Shown: one piece after another, positions 14,592 through 28,523 of the stretch
Layout: each line of letters begins with the position of its first letter
Numbering within the stretch: the stretch's first letter is position 1
Translations under genes and position numbers: made by a program
The notes under the pieces: generated by a model
Database searches by the model: none
Told to the model about the DNA's origin: nothing
The model's input: the letters and a program-made list of their open reading frames with translations, nothing else
Assembly: GCA_907165135.1 (NCBI GenBank)
Contig: OU015567.1
Coordinates: forward strand, 7,068,001 to 7,132,000
Reading direction: 5' to 3'
Origin: Oikopleura dioica
Taxonomy: Eukaryota; Animalia; Chordata
DNA length: 64,000 bases

Positions 14592-17500
14592 ATGTCGTTC
14601 AAAAACAATGAATATGATATCGAGGAGCAATTTACTGACAAGGACAACTACAGTAGCAACCGCGAAAGATCACCTATTCGCGGAGCGCGACCAGGAAAAT
14701 TTAGGAAACGGTTCAAGGACGCTGATTATTTTCCTTGGGATTCTTTGCGTCGCGAATTACGATTTGCCATGAAGTAAAATCTGACAATCTGATAGGTCGA
14801 AATCTACCCTGGGTTCGGCAAGCTGTGTAGAAACCTAATTTAGGGTTCCGAATGAGGCTCCCTTTTTTATAAAAGCTCTTTCAGGCCCCTGACTCAGGTA
14901 ACTACATAGGTTGCCGAACCCATTGTAGATTTCGGACAATCAGATCTTGCGATTTTACTTCATGGCCAATAAAAATTCGCAGCGCAGAAGATCTTATTGC
15001 TTGAAACGATGAATCAGTCGTGAACCGCAAGATAAAGCTCTGGCGACAAGTTCAAGATTCTTCTGAAAAACTTGCCTTACTCAGTGAACTGGATGAAATT
15101 GAAAGATATTTGCAAGGAACATTGCGCCGGGACTGTTATCTTTGCCGATATCATCAAAACTCGAGATGGCCGCAGCGCCGGTTTCGGCCATGCTGAATTC
15201 AAAGTAACCAAAATAATAAATTAACTTTTTTTATAAAATAGACAATGACTAGCATTTGGAAAGCTGCTAAAAAGAGAATTTTCTTTAGACGCTGGAAGAA
15301 GCAAAATCCGCAGTTGAGAAGCTCCATGGAATGATGTTAGATGGACGGTTAGTAAGCGGAAAATAGGATAGTCTCATTATCGAGAAGCCGCGTGCGGCTT
15401 CTATGATTGAAAATGAAGCTTCGCGCGGCCTTTTCATTTTATAGTTCGTAGCCGCAAGCGGCTTTTCGATTTTAGACCACATAAATTTTGCAATCGTCAA
15501 TTTAGAATATTGACATTAATTTTCTTCTAACATATTTTCTAGCGATGTCCGCTGCGATCTTGACATAAACGATGACCAGCTCCATAGAATGTGCCGAAAA
15601 CAAGGGCTGGATTTTCGCTCTGAGCGGCAGCAGCAATGGGACGCAGAACGCGCTGAGCGTCGGAATCAGCGAGGCAATGGAGGGTACAGCAGAGATACTG
15701 GCTACGGATCCGGGCATCAGCAGAGCTACGGAGGGGGGCCTGGCCGCTTTCCCGGCGACGACGGACCTTACGGAGGGGAGAATCGATACGGCCCGATGCG
15801 CAGTGTTGCGCCCAGTCACCAAGGTTAGTTCAAAATAGACAGAAGAGCGGTTTTAATTGAACCTCGAATGATGGTCGAAATCGCAAAGAAAAATTAGTTG
15901 GAGACGCAATTGACTGACCGTCGATATTGAGCTGTTTTTTTATTTGCATGACGCAGATTGTCTGAGATGCAGTCTTGTTTTAGACGCGTTTCTCATTATG
16001 AGAGTTCGCAGTAGCTGATACAGGCAGATCAGAAAGATGGTTCTTTCGGACAGAGAGAGGAAATTATGTCATTTTGTTCGTTCTTTTAGGCGACGGACTT
16101 ATGACAATTCAAGTCCACAATCCCTTTTCCGAGGAAGAGTATTGTTTTACAGGTTCCAATTTTCAAGATTTTCTCCACTTATCACACACTGACTTATCCA
16201 CACTTCCGTAAAAATAGGGTTCCTTTGATTTTGATTCCAAGCCCAAAAGTATTAATAATCATCAAATTTAACGGCAAAAGAGTGGAATCAGAGGCGTCCT
16301 AAATTGAAAACTCATATTTTTGTACAGTAAGGTTTTTGTAGAAAAGTTCGCTAAAAATGTCGGGAAAAGGCGACATAAGAAAGACGATAAAGTGTCGCCT
16401 GGTTATAAGATTTACATGGTTTTAGCTAGCTTTACCGATAAAGATATGGGTATTTCGATTTTAAAATAAATGTGTCTCCGTTTCAGCTTGGTTATCAGTC
16501 TATGTTCAGTACCTATGATTAACGGGCGTCCCCTGACCGAATACCCGGGCTTCGATAATCTGAGCCCGTCGGTCATGGATGCCATCGGAGCGGGTCCAGT
16601 TGGGAAGAACATTTTTGTGAGGAATTTGGATTACAAAGTTGACGAGGATAAAATGAAGGAAGTGTTTGGGCTTGCTGGCACGGTTGAAGAGGTTTCGCTG
16701 ACAAAGGATCAGGACGGAAAGTCGAGAGGAATGGGAGTTGTTTCATTCAGTCAGGTTCGTAAAAAGCAATCGATGTTTGTCAGCTTTAAAATAAAGAAAG
16801 AGTTCAAGACTCAATTTCTCAAGACTCCGGGTAATCAAATTAACGCGCAGCTCTGGGAAATGACAGTAATGATAAATCCGCCCGAGCCGGGCTTGAGTGA
16901 AAGATATAGATAGTATTAGAGGCTACAGAAAGCAACCTCAATTTGTTTCAGAATTACGAAAACGTTGCGAAATCGAGCTTTCTCACTAATAGAGATTGAT
17001 ATTTGCCCATCATAATTTTGCGGCGCTATTTTGAGAATTTCGAGTGATTCACTTTTTGAACTTTTGTTTAAATTAAGATCCAGAGATGATTAGGAGAATA
17101 GGTGGCTTGTGACTTTGAGCACCATTTATGAACACTGAATTTAGCCAATGGAGGCTGTCAAGGCCGTCGTTATGTTCCACACTCAGGCACTTTTTGGCCG
17201 CGCTATGTACTGTAAGGTAAGTGCATCTGACAGTTATTCGATCCAGTTATACTTTATCAATGTACTTAGATGGATCGCAAGAACAATGAGGCTCCAAAAC
17301 CAGAGAAGAAGAAGCTGCCCGAGGGATTGGCCGGACTTAATGTTAATCCGGACATTTTGAATCTTCCCACAGGAACGCGGGCTCTTACTTTCAAACAGCG
17401 GATCAGGCGGATGATCTCATACCCGAGATTTCTCGCTCTGAGATCTCGTTTTTCCTGCATTCGATGAATGTCAGTTTCATTCGCTTCAAGCCCGAGAAAT

Positions 17501-18115
17501 AGATTTTAAACCGGCTCCAGCTTCCCAGGTTCCAGTCTACAATCCCCCTCCTATGAGAGATCCCTATGGCGGCTATCAGCAAGCGAACAATGTCAATGCT
17601 CCAATGCTTCATTCTCATGGATCCGGCTGCGTCATCACCGTCGATCGTCTACCTCCCAGTGCCACTCAACAGCGGCTCAGGACAGGATCATAAGCTTACA
17701 GAATTTATGAGCTTTGAAATTGGGATAGTAGTTGTAATCTAAGTTTCAGGTTGATATTATAAGTCGTTAGCTTCGATATTTTATTAGTTTATGCGTTGTA
17801 TAAAGATCGATCTGGTTCGAACTTCAATTTTATAATCCCGGATGGTTTTAATTTTTACGAGATTACATCTGGATTTGCTAGTTTTGATAGAGAAAAAATG
17901 AGAATAAAAATGATCTCCCAAATTATTTTTTCCATGAAATCAATGAAGAGAACCATGATGATTCCTGATAAAGACGGCTTTTTGAAGACACCGGTCGAGT
18001 GGCACAGGTTCACCTGACTGATTTTGGACGAGCAGAGATCAGATTCGAGAGTGCGTTTGATGCGGAGAGAGCAGTCGGTCGATTCAATGGATACATGATT
18101 GAAGGAAAAGTTTGA
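14592..18115 (+). CDS. HNRNPM: hnRNP M / MYEF2-like three-RRM protein (3' end uncertain)
   Basis: RRM1 KILLKNLPYSVNWMKLKD...GRSAGFG; RRM2 IFVRNLDYKVDEDKMKEVFGLAG...DGKSRGMGVVSF...EAVKAVVMF...MYCKMD...LPEGLAGL; RRM3 GCVITVDRL...FESAFDAERAVGRFNGYMIEG. Confidence 0.85.
14752..14980. mobile_element. Palindromic element with the short TIR-family MITE (14809-14922) at its centre, in HNRNPM-like intron 1
   Basis: Concentric inverted repeats GCGAATT/AATTCGC, GCCATGAAGTAAAATC/GATTTTACTTCATGGC, GAAATCTAC/GTAGATTTC and TGGGTTCGGCAA/TTGCCGAACCCA. Confidence 0.75.
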
Positions 18116-18648
18116 ACTTGAAAGCTCATATTGCGCATTTTTCACTCAGAACATTCCAGAGACACGAGTGCTCTTGTGAAACAATACGTTCAATCCTGTT
18201 GAATCAAACAGCAATTTGATATTTAAATAATTTAAAGCAGTCTGTGTCAATACTGATATTGAGTGGCCTCCATTCTAAGAATCAATTAGAGTCAGAGAAT
18301 TTCTCTCTTTGATCGGAGATGGGTAATCAAATTGAAAAACCCTTGTTCAAACTTTAAAAAGGTCACCAACTTTCTGCCAGGATCACCGATTAAGAGCATT
18401 CATATCCATCTCCCCACTGCCCAACGATACACCTTACCCTTTATCTTTCAGAAACTTTCACTTTCTTTTGTTTCACCTGTCCAGAAAATGTTCCTTTATT
18501 TGCGATTTATGAGAATTTGGCGATTCATTTAGGCTCTATTCTGCATTCTGACTTTTTTGACGGTGCTTCATTTTCCATTTAATAATAGATACCATTCTAC
18601 AACTGAATAGAAAAGAGTCTTTTTTTCAGAGAAATACACGAATCGAAT

Positions 18649-21600
18649 ATGGACAACCAGGGAGATGGCCCAGAGATGATCCAGCTGGACAACAACTCAC
18701 GTGAGTCCTCAGAATCGCCACGGCTGTCCCCACGCAATCGTCATGAGTCGGCGAACTTCCAGCGAAAGGCGCTAGAATCGCTCAATCTGGACGGAAATGA
18801 CTCAGGTGAGAAAAGGCTCAGCCAGGCGCTTTTTAACAATTCTAGCTACTACTGGTAGTAGTCCAAAGCGACAAAGAATGTCGTCTGGTATGGGATTACG
18901 GTTTTAGGGATGATGTGTAGGTACGTTCTTTATTTCTGAAAACAATTCATTTGAACCCATTTTTTGATGATCAGATAGATTCGCATGTAACCAGCGCGTT
19001 TTATTTACAGTTATTTCTTACAGCGAAAGAACTCTTTTCAGAATTATTGATTGTAATTATAGATACTTCCGATGGCTACCCAATCGAGAAGAGCGAGCAA
19101 ATGAACCATGATCTCATGGAAAACGGACTCCAGGCGAAGCCCTCGTCCAAGAAAGTCCTTGGTAAGTCGTTCTCGAATACAAAATTAGAAAATCGAAAGA
19201 TTGAGAAGGCATTAAGAGGTTTAAGGGCCCCGGACAAGGAGAATGCTAGAAGGTATACCGTATACGCAATCAGTAGTGCTAACAAAAATATATACTCAAA
19301 AGCGCGGCTAATAATTAAAAAAGAGGTTTTTGAACCATCCGAATGAACTCACTAAAACGCTTCTTCTGGTGCTAAACCTACCTAAACTTGCTCCTGAATT
19401 AACATTTTAGAGTACTACAACAAGTACCAACTTCCGATGCCTCCAGTTTCACGGCTTCGCACTGAGTCGATCACGGATAATGAACAAAATGAGTACCAAA
19501 AGATCAACATTTCCTCTCGAGAATCAACAGGAATGTCACGCGAGTCCTTCCAAAAGATTGCGCATGATATTATGGGGGCCATAGAGATGAGACAGCGTTA
19601 CATGGCAAACAGGTTAGTTTTCCTTGATTCCAACCGTCTTCCTCAGCCTTTCGTAGCCACCAGACTTTCCAACCAACGGCAGATCGTCATTTACGAATTG
19701 CAAGAGGACGCGCCGCGAAGACCCCCACGGACGACTCAAGTTTAGACCTTGATGTACCGTATCATCCGCCGCCAGAGGATACTCACGTAGAAAGCCCATA
19801 CATTGACCTTAAGGTCGATCAACTACCAAAGAACTGGACTCATACTTGGAAAATGCGCCATGGGATTATTGACATTCGGTATCGAGCTCTATTACTTTCT
19901 TCGATTTTAAACTCATCGGTCTTATTCAGGGACGAAGACAACAACCCGCTGCGCTACATCATCCGTCCAGATACTCACGAATTTCTCGACAACCACGCAC
20001 AACTACTCAAATCCATGTCAAACGGACAATTACGAACTTACTGCTGGCGACGACTGCAGTTTCTCTCCCACAAATACAACCTCCACCATTTGCTCAACGA
20101 AACACTAGAAATCAAAGAGATCAAGGAGCTGCCACATCGAGACTTCTACAACTGCAGAAAAGTCGATAATCATATTCATGCCGCTGCGATGATGAATCAA
20201 AAACATCTTTTGCGGTGAATTTTCGCGCTGATCGAATGAAATTTTAATGAGAAATTTAGGTTTATCAAGAAAACGCTAAAAACCGACGCTGATCTGGTCG
20301 TAACAAAAGATGGAAAGAAGCTTTCTGAAGTTTTCAATCAAATTGGCATCTCTGCGTACGATCTTTCCGTTGACTTGCTCGATTGTCACGCCGATACAAA
20401 CGTTTACCATCGATTTGACAAGTTCAACTCGAAATATAATCCTCTTGGACAAAGGTACGTTCTTCTTTTCCTCCCAGTTGGTAACACCCTCCATTCTAGC
20501 GTACTTCGCGAGCTGTACATCAAAACAGACAACCACATCAACGGTCGTTACTTTGCGCAAATCGCCAAGCAAGTGGCCGAAGATTTCGAGGACGCAAAAT
20601 ACCAACACGCAGAGCCGCGTCTTTCAATATACGGCCGAGAATATGACGAGTTCTCCAAATTGGCGAAATGGGCGGTGTCCAACGATGTCTTTTCCAACCA
20701 TATTGTATGGTTGATCCAAGTCCCGCGATTGTACGATATCTATAAAAAGAAGAACCCGAAGCTCGTCTTCCAGACCATATTGAAAAATATATTTGGACCT
20801 GTAATGGATGCTTCTTTGAAGCCACAAGAGAACGGATAAAGAACGAATAGCATTAATATATTCATTTGACCCAAATTTAGCTTATACCTAATCCCTCCTT
20901 GATTGCAGTCATTTCACGAACAGGGTCGATTGAACCATCAGTCCTTCTATGCATTTATCCGCGGAAAAGAACACCCCGAGCTCGCGCGTTTCCTCGAAAA
21001 CGTCGTTGGTTTTGACTCCGTCGACGACGAATCCCGCCACGAAACCTCACAGTTCACCGCCGAGACGCCGACCCCAGATAAATACAATATGCTTGATAAT
21101 CCGGTCTATTCATATTATCTGTGGTATATGTACGCCAACATATCAGGTAAAGTATCTCTAGCGTGTGATAAGCGGGGCTCAAGATAATGCTTTCAGGGGT
21201 AGACTTAGGGCTGATTATTTAGATTCCGAGAGCTGGTTGCAATTTACAGTTAGACTGTAGACTAAAGAGTAGTGGACTCACTTTTGTTGGTTTTATTTGC
21301 AGAAACTTGGTGACAGTTGAATTCACGATATGACAGTTGTAAAGTAGGGTTTATGAAAGATTTGGTGAGGTGACGGATTTTTTCGGGCGGCCTTTCATCG
21401 ACTGTCGGCAGCTCTGGGCTTGAGCCAGTCTGAAATTTTGTATTTACGACTTTTGTAGGATTTCTTTTTATTTTCAAATTAACTTACACAGCAAAGTCGG
21501 GATCAATTTCGAATTCTTCCTCTTTTTCTTTCTTTTTTGTCGATTTGAATTTGGTTATGGCTTTGTTTACCTTGAGTGAAATTCTGACTACTCTATCCAT

Positions 21601-23353
21601 CTTTCCGATTTTCGATTATATTCCCTTGTCTCTTGTGTTCACTTTCAGTCTGAAATAATGCGGGTTGAGATCACTACTGGGCTTGCTACAGACAAGAAGG
21701 GACACTCTGTTGCCCCCTCCTTCTGGGGCGACGGGCGACAGACATGAGTGCGTAAACCGCTTGTAAAGGATTCTCTGAGCTTTTCTGCTCGACATATTCT
21801 GTTAGTTTAATTTGCTGCCGTCAGAGCAAGCGTTCATTGCAAGGTAGAAATGCTTTCAGTCTGGGACACGGTCATTGTCTCTCCGAATTTAATATTTTTA
21901 TATTTTCCATCTCTTTCGACCAGAAATGACATATGGGACTGGGTTTAAACATGGTTTACAACTGTGTTAATTTGACATTCAAAAGTCTACTGATGTAAGA
22001 AAATCACTGTTTGACGTAAAGGTCTACAGTTTTTTTCACACATCGAATACACATCCTTCTCGGGAAAATTTACATTGCTAGATTATCTCCTATTAACCTT
22101 TTGAATCGATGCAAGGTTTTTGCCACGACTTGATCATCCTAGTTATAAAAGCGCAATTAAAAAAGCAAATTGGCTATGCATTTATTGAGAACAGCTGACG
22201 TAGTAAATTCACTCTTGACATTCCGAGTCTATAATGAACTTACGAGCTAAGTGCTGGATATTGGTTCAGTCGAGTTTTATTTTAGTCATTGCCCATGTGA
22301 TTTCGTTCTTATGCACTCGCCAAATGACAGTTGTGACGTTATTTCAAATCATTTAGGAGAAGATATTCAAAGCTCTTAGTCCACTTTCTGGAGATTCTTT
22401 ATATCATGTCGAAAATCTTATAAGCTCGATATTCCTTCCTGTTGTTGAGCTAAGAGTTTAACGTGATGATTTTAAGCTATTTACTGTATCATTTTCTACA
22501 AGAAAGGGAACCTTTGATGATCTGCGTTTTCGTTGAAAGAAATAGAAGTAGCATTAATAATGGAGCGTCCTCATCACCAATATTATCATCATCAACTTGT
22601 TTTTGACCGCTGAAGGCAGCAACTGTCAAATGTCAAATAGCCCAGGTTATTAACAAATGCAATTTTCCTAGTGATCAACCAAATACGAAAAGAACGCGGA
22701 ATGAACACATTTGCCCTACGCCCTCACTGCGGCGAAGCTGGTCACATTTATCACACGGCCACGGCGTTCCTCCTTTCGGAGAATATCAACCACGGCATTA
22801 ACCTACGAAAGTCGCCGGTAATGGAATATTTTTACTACCTCTGTCAGATCGGCATCTCAATGTCGCCAATGTCCAACAATCACCTATTCCTACCCTACTC
22901 AAAGTCCCCCTTCAAAGGTACTAAAAGGTTCTTTCGTCACTTTCTTTACCCAAATTCAGAGTTCTTCGAGCGAGGACAGAACATAGCCCTGTCGACAGAT
23001 GACCCACTTCAATTTCACCTGACAAAAGAGCCGCTGATTGAAGAGTATTCTGTCGCCGCCCAAGTTTGGAAACTAAACTCAGTGGACATGTCGGAAATCG
23101 CGCGAAACTCGGTTTTGATGTCAGGCTTCAAGGATCAACTTAAGGTTCTCCTTTTCTTTCCGATCCCTTTTATTCACTCTTTCTTCAGCAATACTGGCTT
23201 GGTCCGCTTTACCGCCGAGAAGGAATAGAAGGAAACGACAACCGACGAACAAACGTTCCACCAGTTCGATGCCACTTCCGCTTCGAAACACTCGACGGCG
23301 AGCTGTCTCTTATTTCTTCAATTATCAAAGAAACGAAAAATAACAACCCATAA
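18649..23353 (+). CDS. AMPD: AMP deaminase, multi-exon (1.5-kb intron 21147-22671)
   Basis: [113 protein letters not shown]. Confidence 0.95.
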
Positions 23354-24216
23354 CTTTGCACTACCGACAAGTTAAAACAACGAAGTTACCAACCATGACG
23401 AAACTACAAAAAATGACCCCAAAAACGACTTTTTGAAAACTCAACTGCTGTATTTTTCCTTCTTTCTTCAGTGCATCCTTATTCTTCCGTTAATTTTGCA
23501 CGTTTTGAATATTTATGTACACGTTACATTATCGCTCGCGTTATTCACAGTTACAGTTACCGTTGCAGTTATACAGTTAAATACTTTAATAATAATTAAA
23601 CAGCTTTTGTTGACATAATATAATCAAGTTGCGCCGTGTTATCATCCTTCAGTTCAAATTCATTCAACTCATGATTTGTGAAACAGAAAACGAAACAGAT
23701 TCTTATTTAAATATTACAAAATTTAAAAGCTAATGGCAGTTACAAATGAGAAACTGTTGTGTGAATCAGATAGAAATAAATAAAAACAATTTTGCAATTT
23801 ACCTCTCTCGCTCGTTTTGTATGAAAAAATTTCCTTCGTAAAACGTTACATCAGTAGTTACAGTAATTCTAGTAGTTCTTTTAAAAAATCTTCAATTTAC
23901 CTTCTGCTCGTGAACAGTTTAGAGTTTAGCTACATTCCGAATACACTAAAATAGCTAATAAAAGTACTGAAAATTTGCATGTCTAATAAACAAAAAAAAA
24001 CGAATGAAATCAACGAAGAAAACAGATAGCTTTCCTCGATAGTCTCGCGAATTATGAGCAGGCATGGAGAATTCCAGCTTTTCCCGCACTTGTGAAGATC
24101 AAACTTCAAATAAAAACACGCAGGGCATTTTGCAAGATGTAATTTCTTTTCCAACTTTCGCACTAACTATCAATAATAGCCGCTTTTTCTATTTTTGCGA
24201 GCAAAAGTTAAAAATA

Positions 24217-27200
24217 ATGAAGCTATTTGAAGCTTCGCTGCCGATTCTAGCGGCTGGCTGGAGTGACTTGTACGAGAAAGCAGAGAATGGGGTGGATTTG
24301 ATATTCAGAAATGACACTGAATTCTATGCGAAGTACAGAGATCACATTGAGAGAGTTGGAAACTGTCAAAACTCGGTTCCGGTGACGGATGATTCTGGTA
24401 ACAGTGTCACTATTCCACCAGTTTTGTGGCCTACGCAGGGTGCCAATCCAAATGTGGTTGATTATGAAAAGAAAGGGATTAGGCAACATCGATTTATGAG
24501 CGCTTTTCTTCCTTGATTTCAAATTTGACATCTCCTTATCCCTCTCCAGTGCGTCTATATTTTCTCGAATTTCAACATGATGTGGTCGGATGCTGAAAAA
24601 GTGTGCGAAGAAAAGATCTCAAGCTCATGCACTCCCAATTGCAAGGGAAACCTGGTCAGCATCCATACTGACTTTCAGGACCAAGCAATCTTTGACGCTT
24701 TCAAAAACGACGAAGGAACTGGCAAGCCGGCCTGGATTGGTCTTCGACAATACTGTGCGTTCTGCCCGTTAGAGTGGGCCGATCACAGTCCTTTTGACTT
24801 CCGAAACTGGCAACAGGGAGAGCCCAACAACGAAGACGGCGATGAAGACTGCGTCGAGACAAATTTTTTCTCCGAAGGATGGAACGACAACACTTGCGCG
24901 GCGAAGCGCCAGTTTGTCTGTCAGATTTACACAAGCGCTACGAACCAGCATCCAAAACCTGACATGGACAAGACATGGCCAGCCATCGGCGGCTGCAAAG
25001 ACGGCTGGTGGAAGTACGGAAAAGCTTGCTTCAAGATTATTGGCGGACGCGGGAACACTGATGCTCAGAAGGAGGAGCCAGTAAGATCTGCATCGCCAAC
25101 TATTTTTAATGATTTCAGGCAATGAATTGGGACGATTCGAAAACCCAGTGCTCAAATGAATGGGCTGGTGCTTCACTCGCGCAATTCCCAAATATATACT
25201 ACCAATATTTCGCCAACTCACTAGGATCCGGCTGAATGTGGAATTATTTATATATTATAAAAGAAGAATGTTACGACATAGAGGCTTTCATGTGTACGGT
25301 ACACATATCACCATGAATCATGGTCCATGATTCAAATTGAATTTCAATAAGGTCCTCCTTCGGCCTTGATGCTTGAATTTCCATCGACTCTATTCATCAA
25401 TATTGTCGATGACTTGCCCAGCTACTGTATTTTCCATCTCGTCATGGTCTGAGTGGAAATAATTTGACGATTCAAGTGGGCTCAATTTCCATGGATATTT
25501 ATACTAGCGAAATGTGCGGATCTACTTAATTCCGTATCTTTTCCATCGTTCAGTTCATCTTCTGATAACGATAATTTGTTACTTAAAGTTACATCAACAG
25601 GGCACAATCCTGTAATACAGAGAATATTTTTCACGACAGTAGAATTCCATCTCTAGAATTTTACTCGGTTTTCCCAACAAGGACGCGACTTTCCAGTGAG
25701 AAAAATCTCGATACAGTATCGAATAATTTCTTGATAAGATTTTTCCTCGCGAAATCAAGTACCGCAGATACATGTCACATACAGCCAGTTCTAGTAAAGC
25801 TCGCCGGCCGTGATGTCTACATCGGAGCGCTCACGTCAACGACCGACATAACTTTCCACTGGGACGATGGCTCCCGACTAACATATTCTTACTGGGCGGA
25901 CGGAGAACCGAATAATTATGGCGGCGTCGAGGACGTCGCATTGATGGCTTGGCTGAACGAGCCACATTATCACACTCGCGGACCAGGAGAATGGAACGAC
26001 TTCCCGCGGAGCTACGAGCGCGCGGCAATGTGCTATCACAAGCTCGATTCTTCCATGAGCGAGAACACCGGCCGCTGCCCAGAGGGATGGAAACAGCAAC
26101 CGGGCATTTCTAATTTCTGTTACAAACTTGTCACTGACGGCGATGGATTCGACAACGCCGGGAAGAAATGCGCCGATTTGAAGGGAGAAACCGGTCACCC
26201 AACAGCTTTGGCATCTGTAATGGACGTTTATGAAGATGCGTTTTTGGCGTCAATGCCTGTAAGTCAAAGTCCCGGAAAATGATAATTGATGAATAAATTT
26301 GCCTGTAGTATTCTGCTGAGACGAATTTCGACCCAACATTTGATGGAAAAAGAGCTGGAATCTGGATTGGACTCAAGGGAATCAAGGAAAGGTTTTCCGA
26401 AAGAATACTCGAAATTATAATGTTGTGCAAAACTTATATAAATTTATGACTGAAAATAGCGTCTAAATATCAGAAAAATAGACGTCTTTAAAGACCTTCA
26501 TATGAGCCTCAATAAACAAATTAGTTGAACTTTATTTTTCTTTGACGAAACCTCACTAGGACGATTCTAATACCGTCAAATGGAAGTGGGACGACGGCTT
26601 TCCATTCGCATACACAAGATGGGGGACGAACGAACCCAACTTGCAAGCCATTCCAGCCGGTGGAGAGGGATGTGTCTATCTTGGAACAGATCGAAGTTGG
26701 TATGTGGACAAGTGCAACTTGGTGAATCCGTTTATTTGCAAGTCGAACATGGATGATACGAGTGGACAGGTGACCGATGATCGAGGAGAGCTGATGGACT
26801 GTCTGCCCGGCTGGGAGCCCACTGGATCTGAGGACAAAGGTAGAACCCTCAAAAGAGCTTGAGTTGTAAATTATTCTAGCAAACGGACACCATTGCATGA
26901 AATTCTACGATACAGCGGCAAGCTGGTTCCAAGCAAACTACATGTGCGAAGCTGTTGGCGCTCAACTGGTCTCCATCCATTCTGAAAGCTTCAATCTCCG
27001 AGTCAAAAGCTACGTCACTTCTCAAGGAACAGATTTCAAAGAGTATAGTAATAGTTTCTGTCTTGGGTCGATCTTATTAAAATCGGCCAAAATGGATCTC
27101 TCAAATAAGGCACCAATGCTAAGTACTGGGTCGGCATGAAACGAAATGAAGTCGGCGGGCTAGAATGGACTGATGGCTCCCCAGCGAGCTACTTCAATTG

Positions 27201-27939
27201 GGCCCCGGGAGAGCCAAGTGAAGAATGGGTGAGTCTTCCTTGTTTTCAAAACCGTGATTTATACTGCGACTATGTTTCAGGGAGGTGAGAAAGAAGACTG
27301 CGTCAATATCTTTAACAACGGAGCTTGGAATGATGCACCTTGCGGCTATGCAGCTCCCTTCGTTTGTAAAGCTTCTCGACCTACAGTAAGTGACTTAGAC
27401 GACAACGACCATGGTAAAATAATTTTTGAAATGTTACTTGTTCTTATGTCATAATGATTTCAATAAAAAATGTAATTTTGTCTACTAAAAGGGAAGAAAA
27501 TTGGCGTGAAGATACATGTAGATATCGTTTTATTGGACATTAAAATGCGCATAATTAAAAAACAATCACAAGGAATGCGTAATCAGAGTTCCATTAAAAA
27601 TTTCTTCAGAGCAATTGTTTCGACATCGCTGAAGTCGATAAGGAGCAGTGTGGCTACCCGGGCATCACAGCTTACGAGTGCGAACATGTCTTCAAATGTT
27701 GCTACAACACCTTGACCGTTAACGGAAAGTCATGCTACCATCCTAGAGGGAGAAAGTCAGTCTCAGCTACTTGCGCTCTCGTCATCTCATGATCGATTTT
27801 TAGGAACAGTGAAATGACGCCTGGAAAAGCAGCGGGAATCGCCAGTGCTGTTTGGATTGTTCTGATTTTTGCCATTGCTGGGTATTTCTTCTTTTTCCGT
27901 GGAAGTGGTGGAGATGGGTTTGCCAATCCGAACATGTAA
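24217..27939 (+). CDS. Type I transmembrane lectin: signal peptide, 4 C-type lectin domains, trefoil (P-type) domain, TM, short tail
   Basis: Four CTLDs with WIGL/YIGA/WIGL/WVGM and GEPN/GEPN/NEPN/GEPS motifs; CGYPGIT...EC...CC...CYHP trefoil pattern at ~27616-27745; TM GIASAVWIVLIFAIAGYFFFF. Confidence 0.85.
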
Positions 27940-28113
27940 AAATACTGTCTTTTTTCTATCATGACTTCTGTTGAAATAAATTATCAGATATCGTTTTTGT
28001 CAGATGAGATTTTCGACACTTTGATTTTGAATGACTTCGAGATTTACCGAAAAAAGGACTTCTAGATGTTCACCAAGAACATTTAACATGTTCAGTCCAT
28101 CAAACACTAAAAA

Positions 28114-28371
28114 ATGTCTCAAGCGACGTCAAACGAGAGTTACATATTTTACACCCCTCCCACATCTGCCGTTAGTATTGCAGAGGATGCAGGAGCGGAA
28201 CGATCGGCAGAACTTTTGAGCGAAAACGAGAAGCTCAAGAAAAAGAACAAGAAGCTGAAGCTTGCCTTTGTGGTCGCTGGTACGAGCATCGCCACTGCTT
28301 CTGCGATCGGTCTCGGCATGGCTTGCGCCAAGAAGTTCAAGAAGAAAAAGAAGAAGAAAACTGGAAAGTGA
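28114..28371 (+). CDS. 85-aa orphan microprotein: short coiled coil, hydrophobic segment, poly-Lys tail
   Basis: AAAAATG context, GC-rich ORF in AT-rich flanks, AATAAA ~45 bp after the stop. Confidence 0.6.
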   Translation: MSQATSNESYIFYTPPTSAVSIAEDAGAERSAELLSENEKLKKKNKKLKLAFVVAGTSIATASAIGLGMACAKKFKKKKKKKTGK

Positions 28372-28523
28372 TTGTACTCTCCTCTCAATGGATTTTGTCA
28401 AAGAAAATTATTGTTGAAATAAATTTTAAAAAATATTTTTTGAACTTTTATTTCAAGATAGTCTATCATATCGTTTTATACAAGCAATTTTGATGCAGCG
28501 AAAGGTAGGTAAATGAGCAAAGT

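Noticed and set aside
25390-25652. Possible antisense two-exon fragment in the 570-bp lectin intron
   Set aside because: No start codon or upstream exon could be joined in frame.
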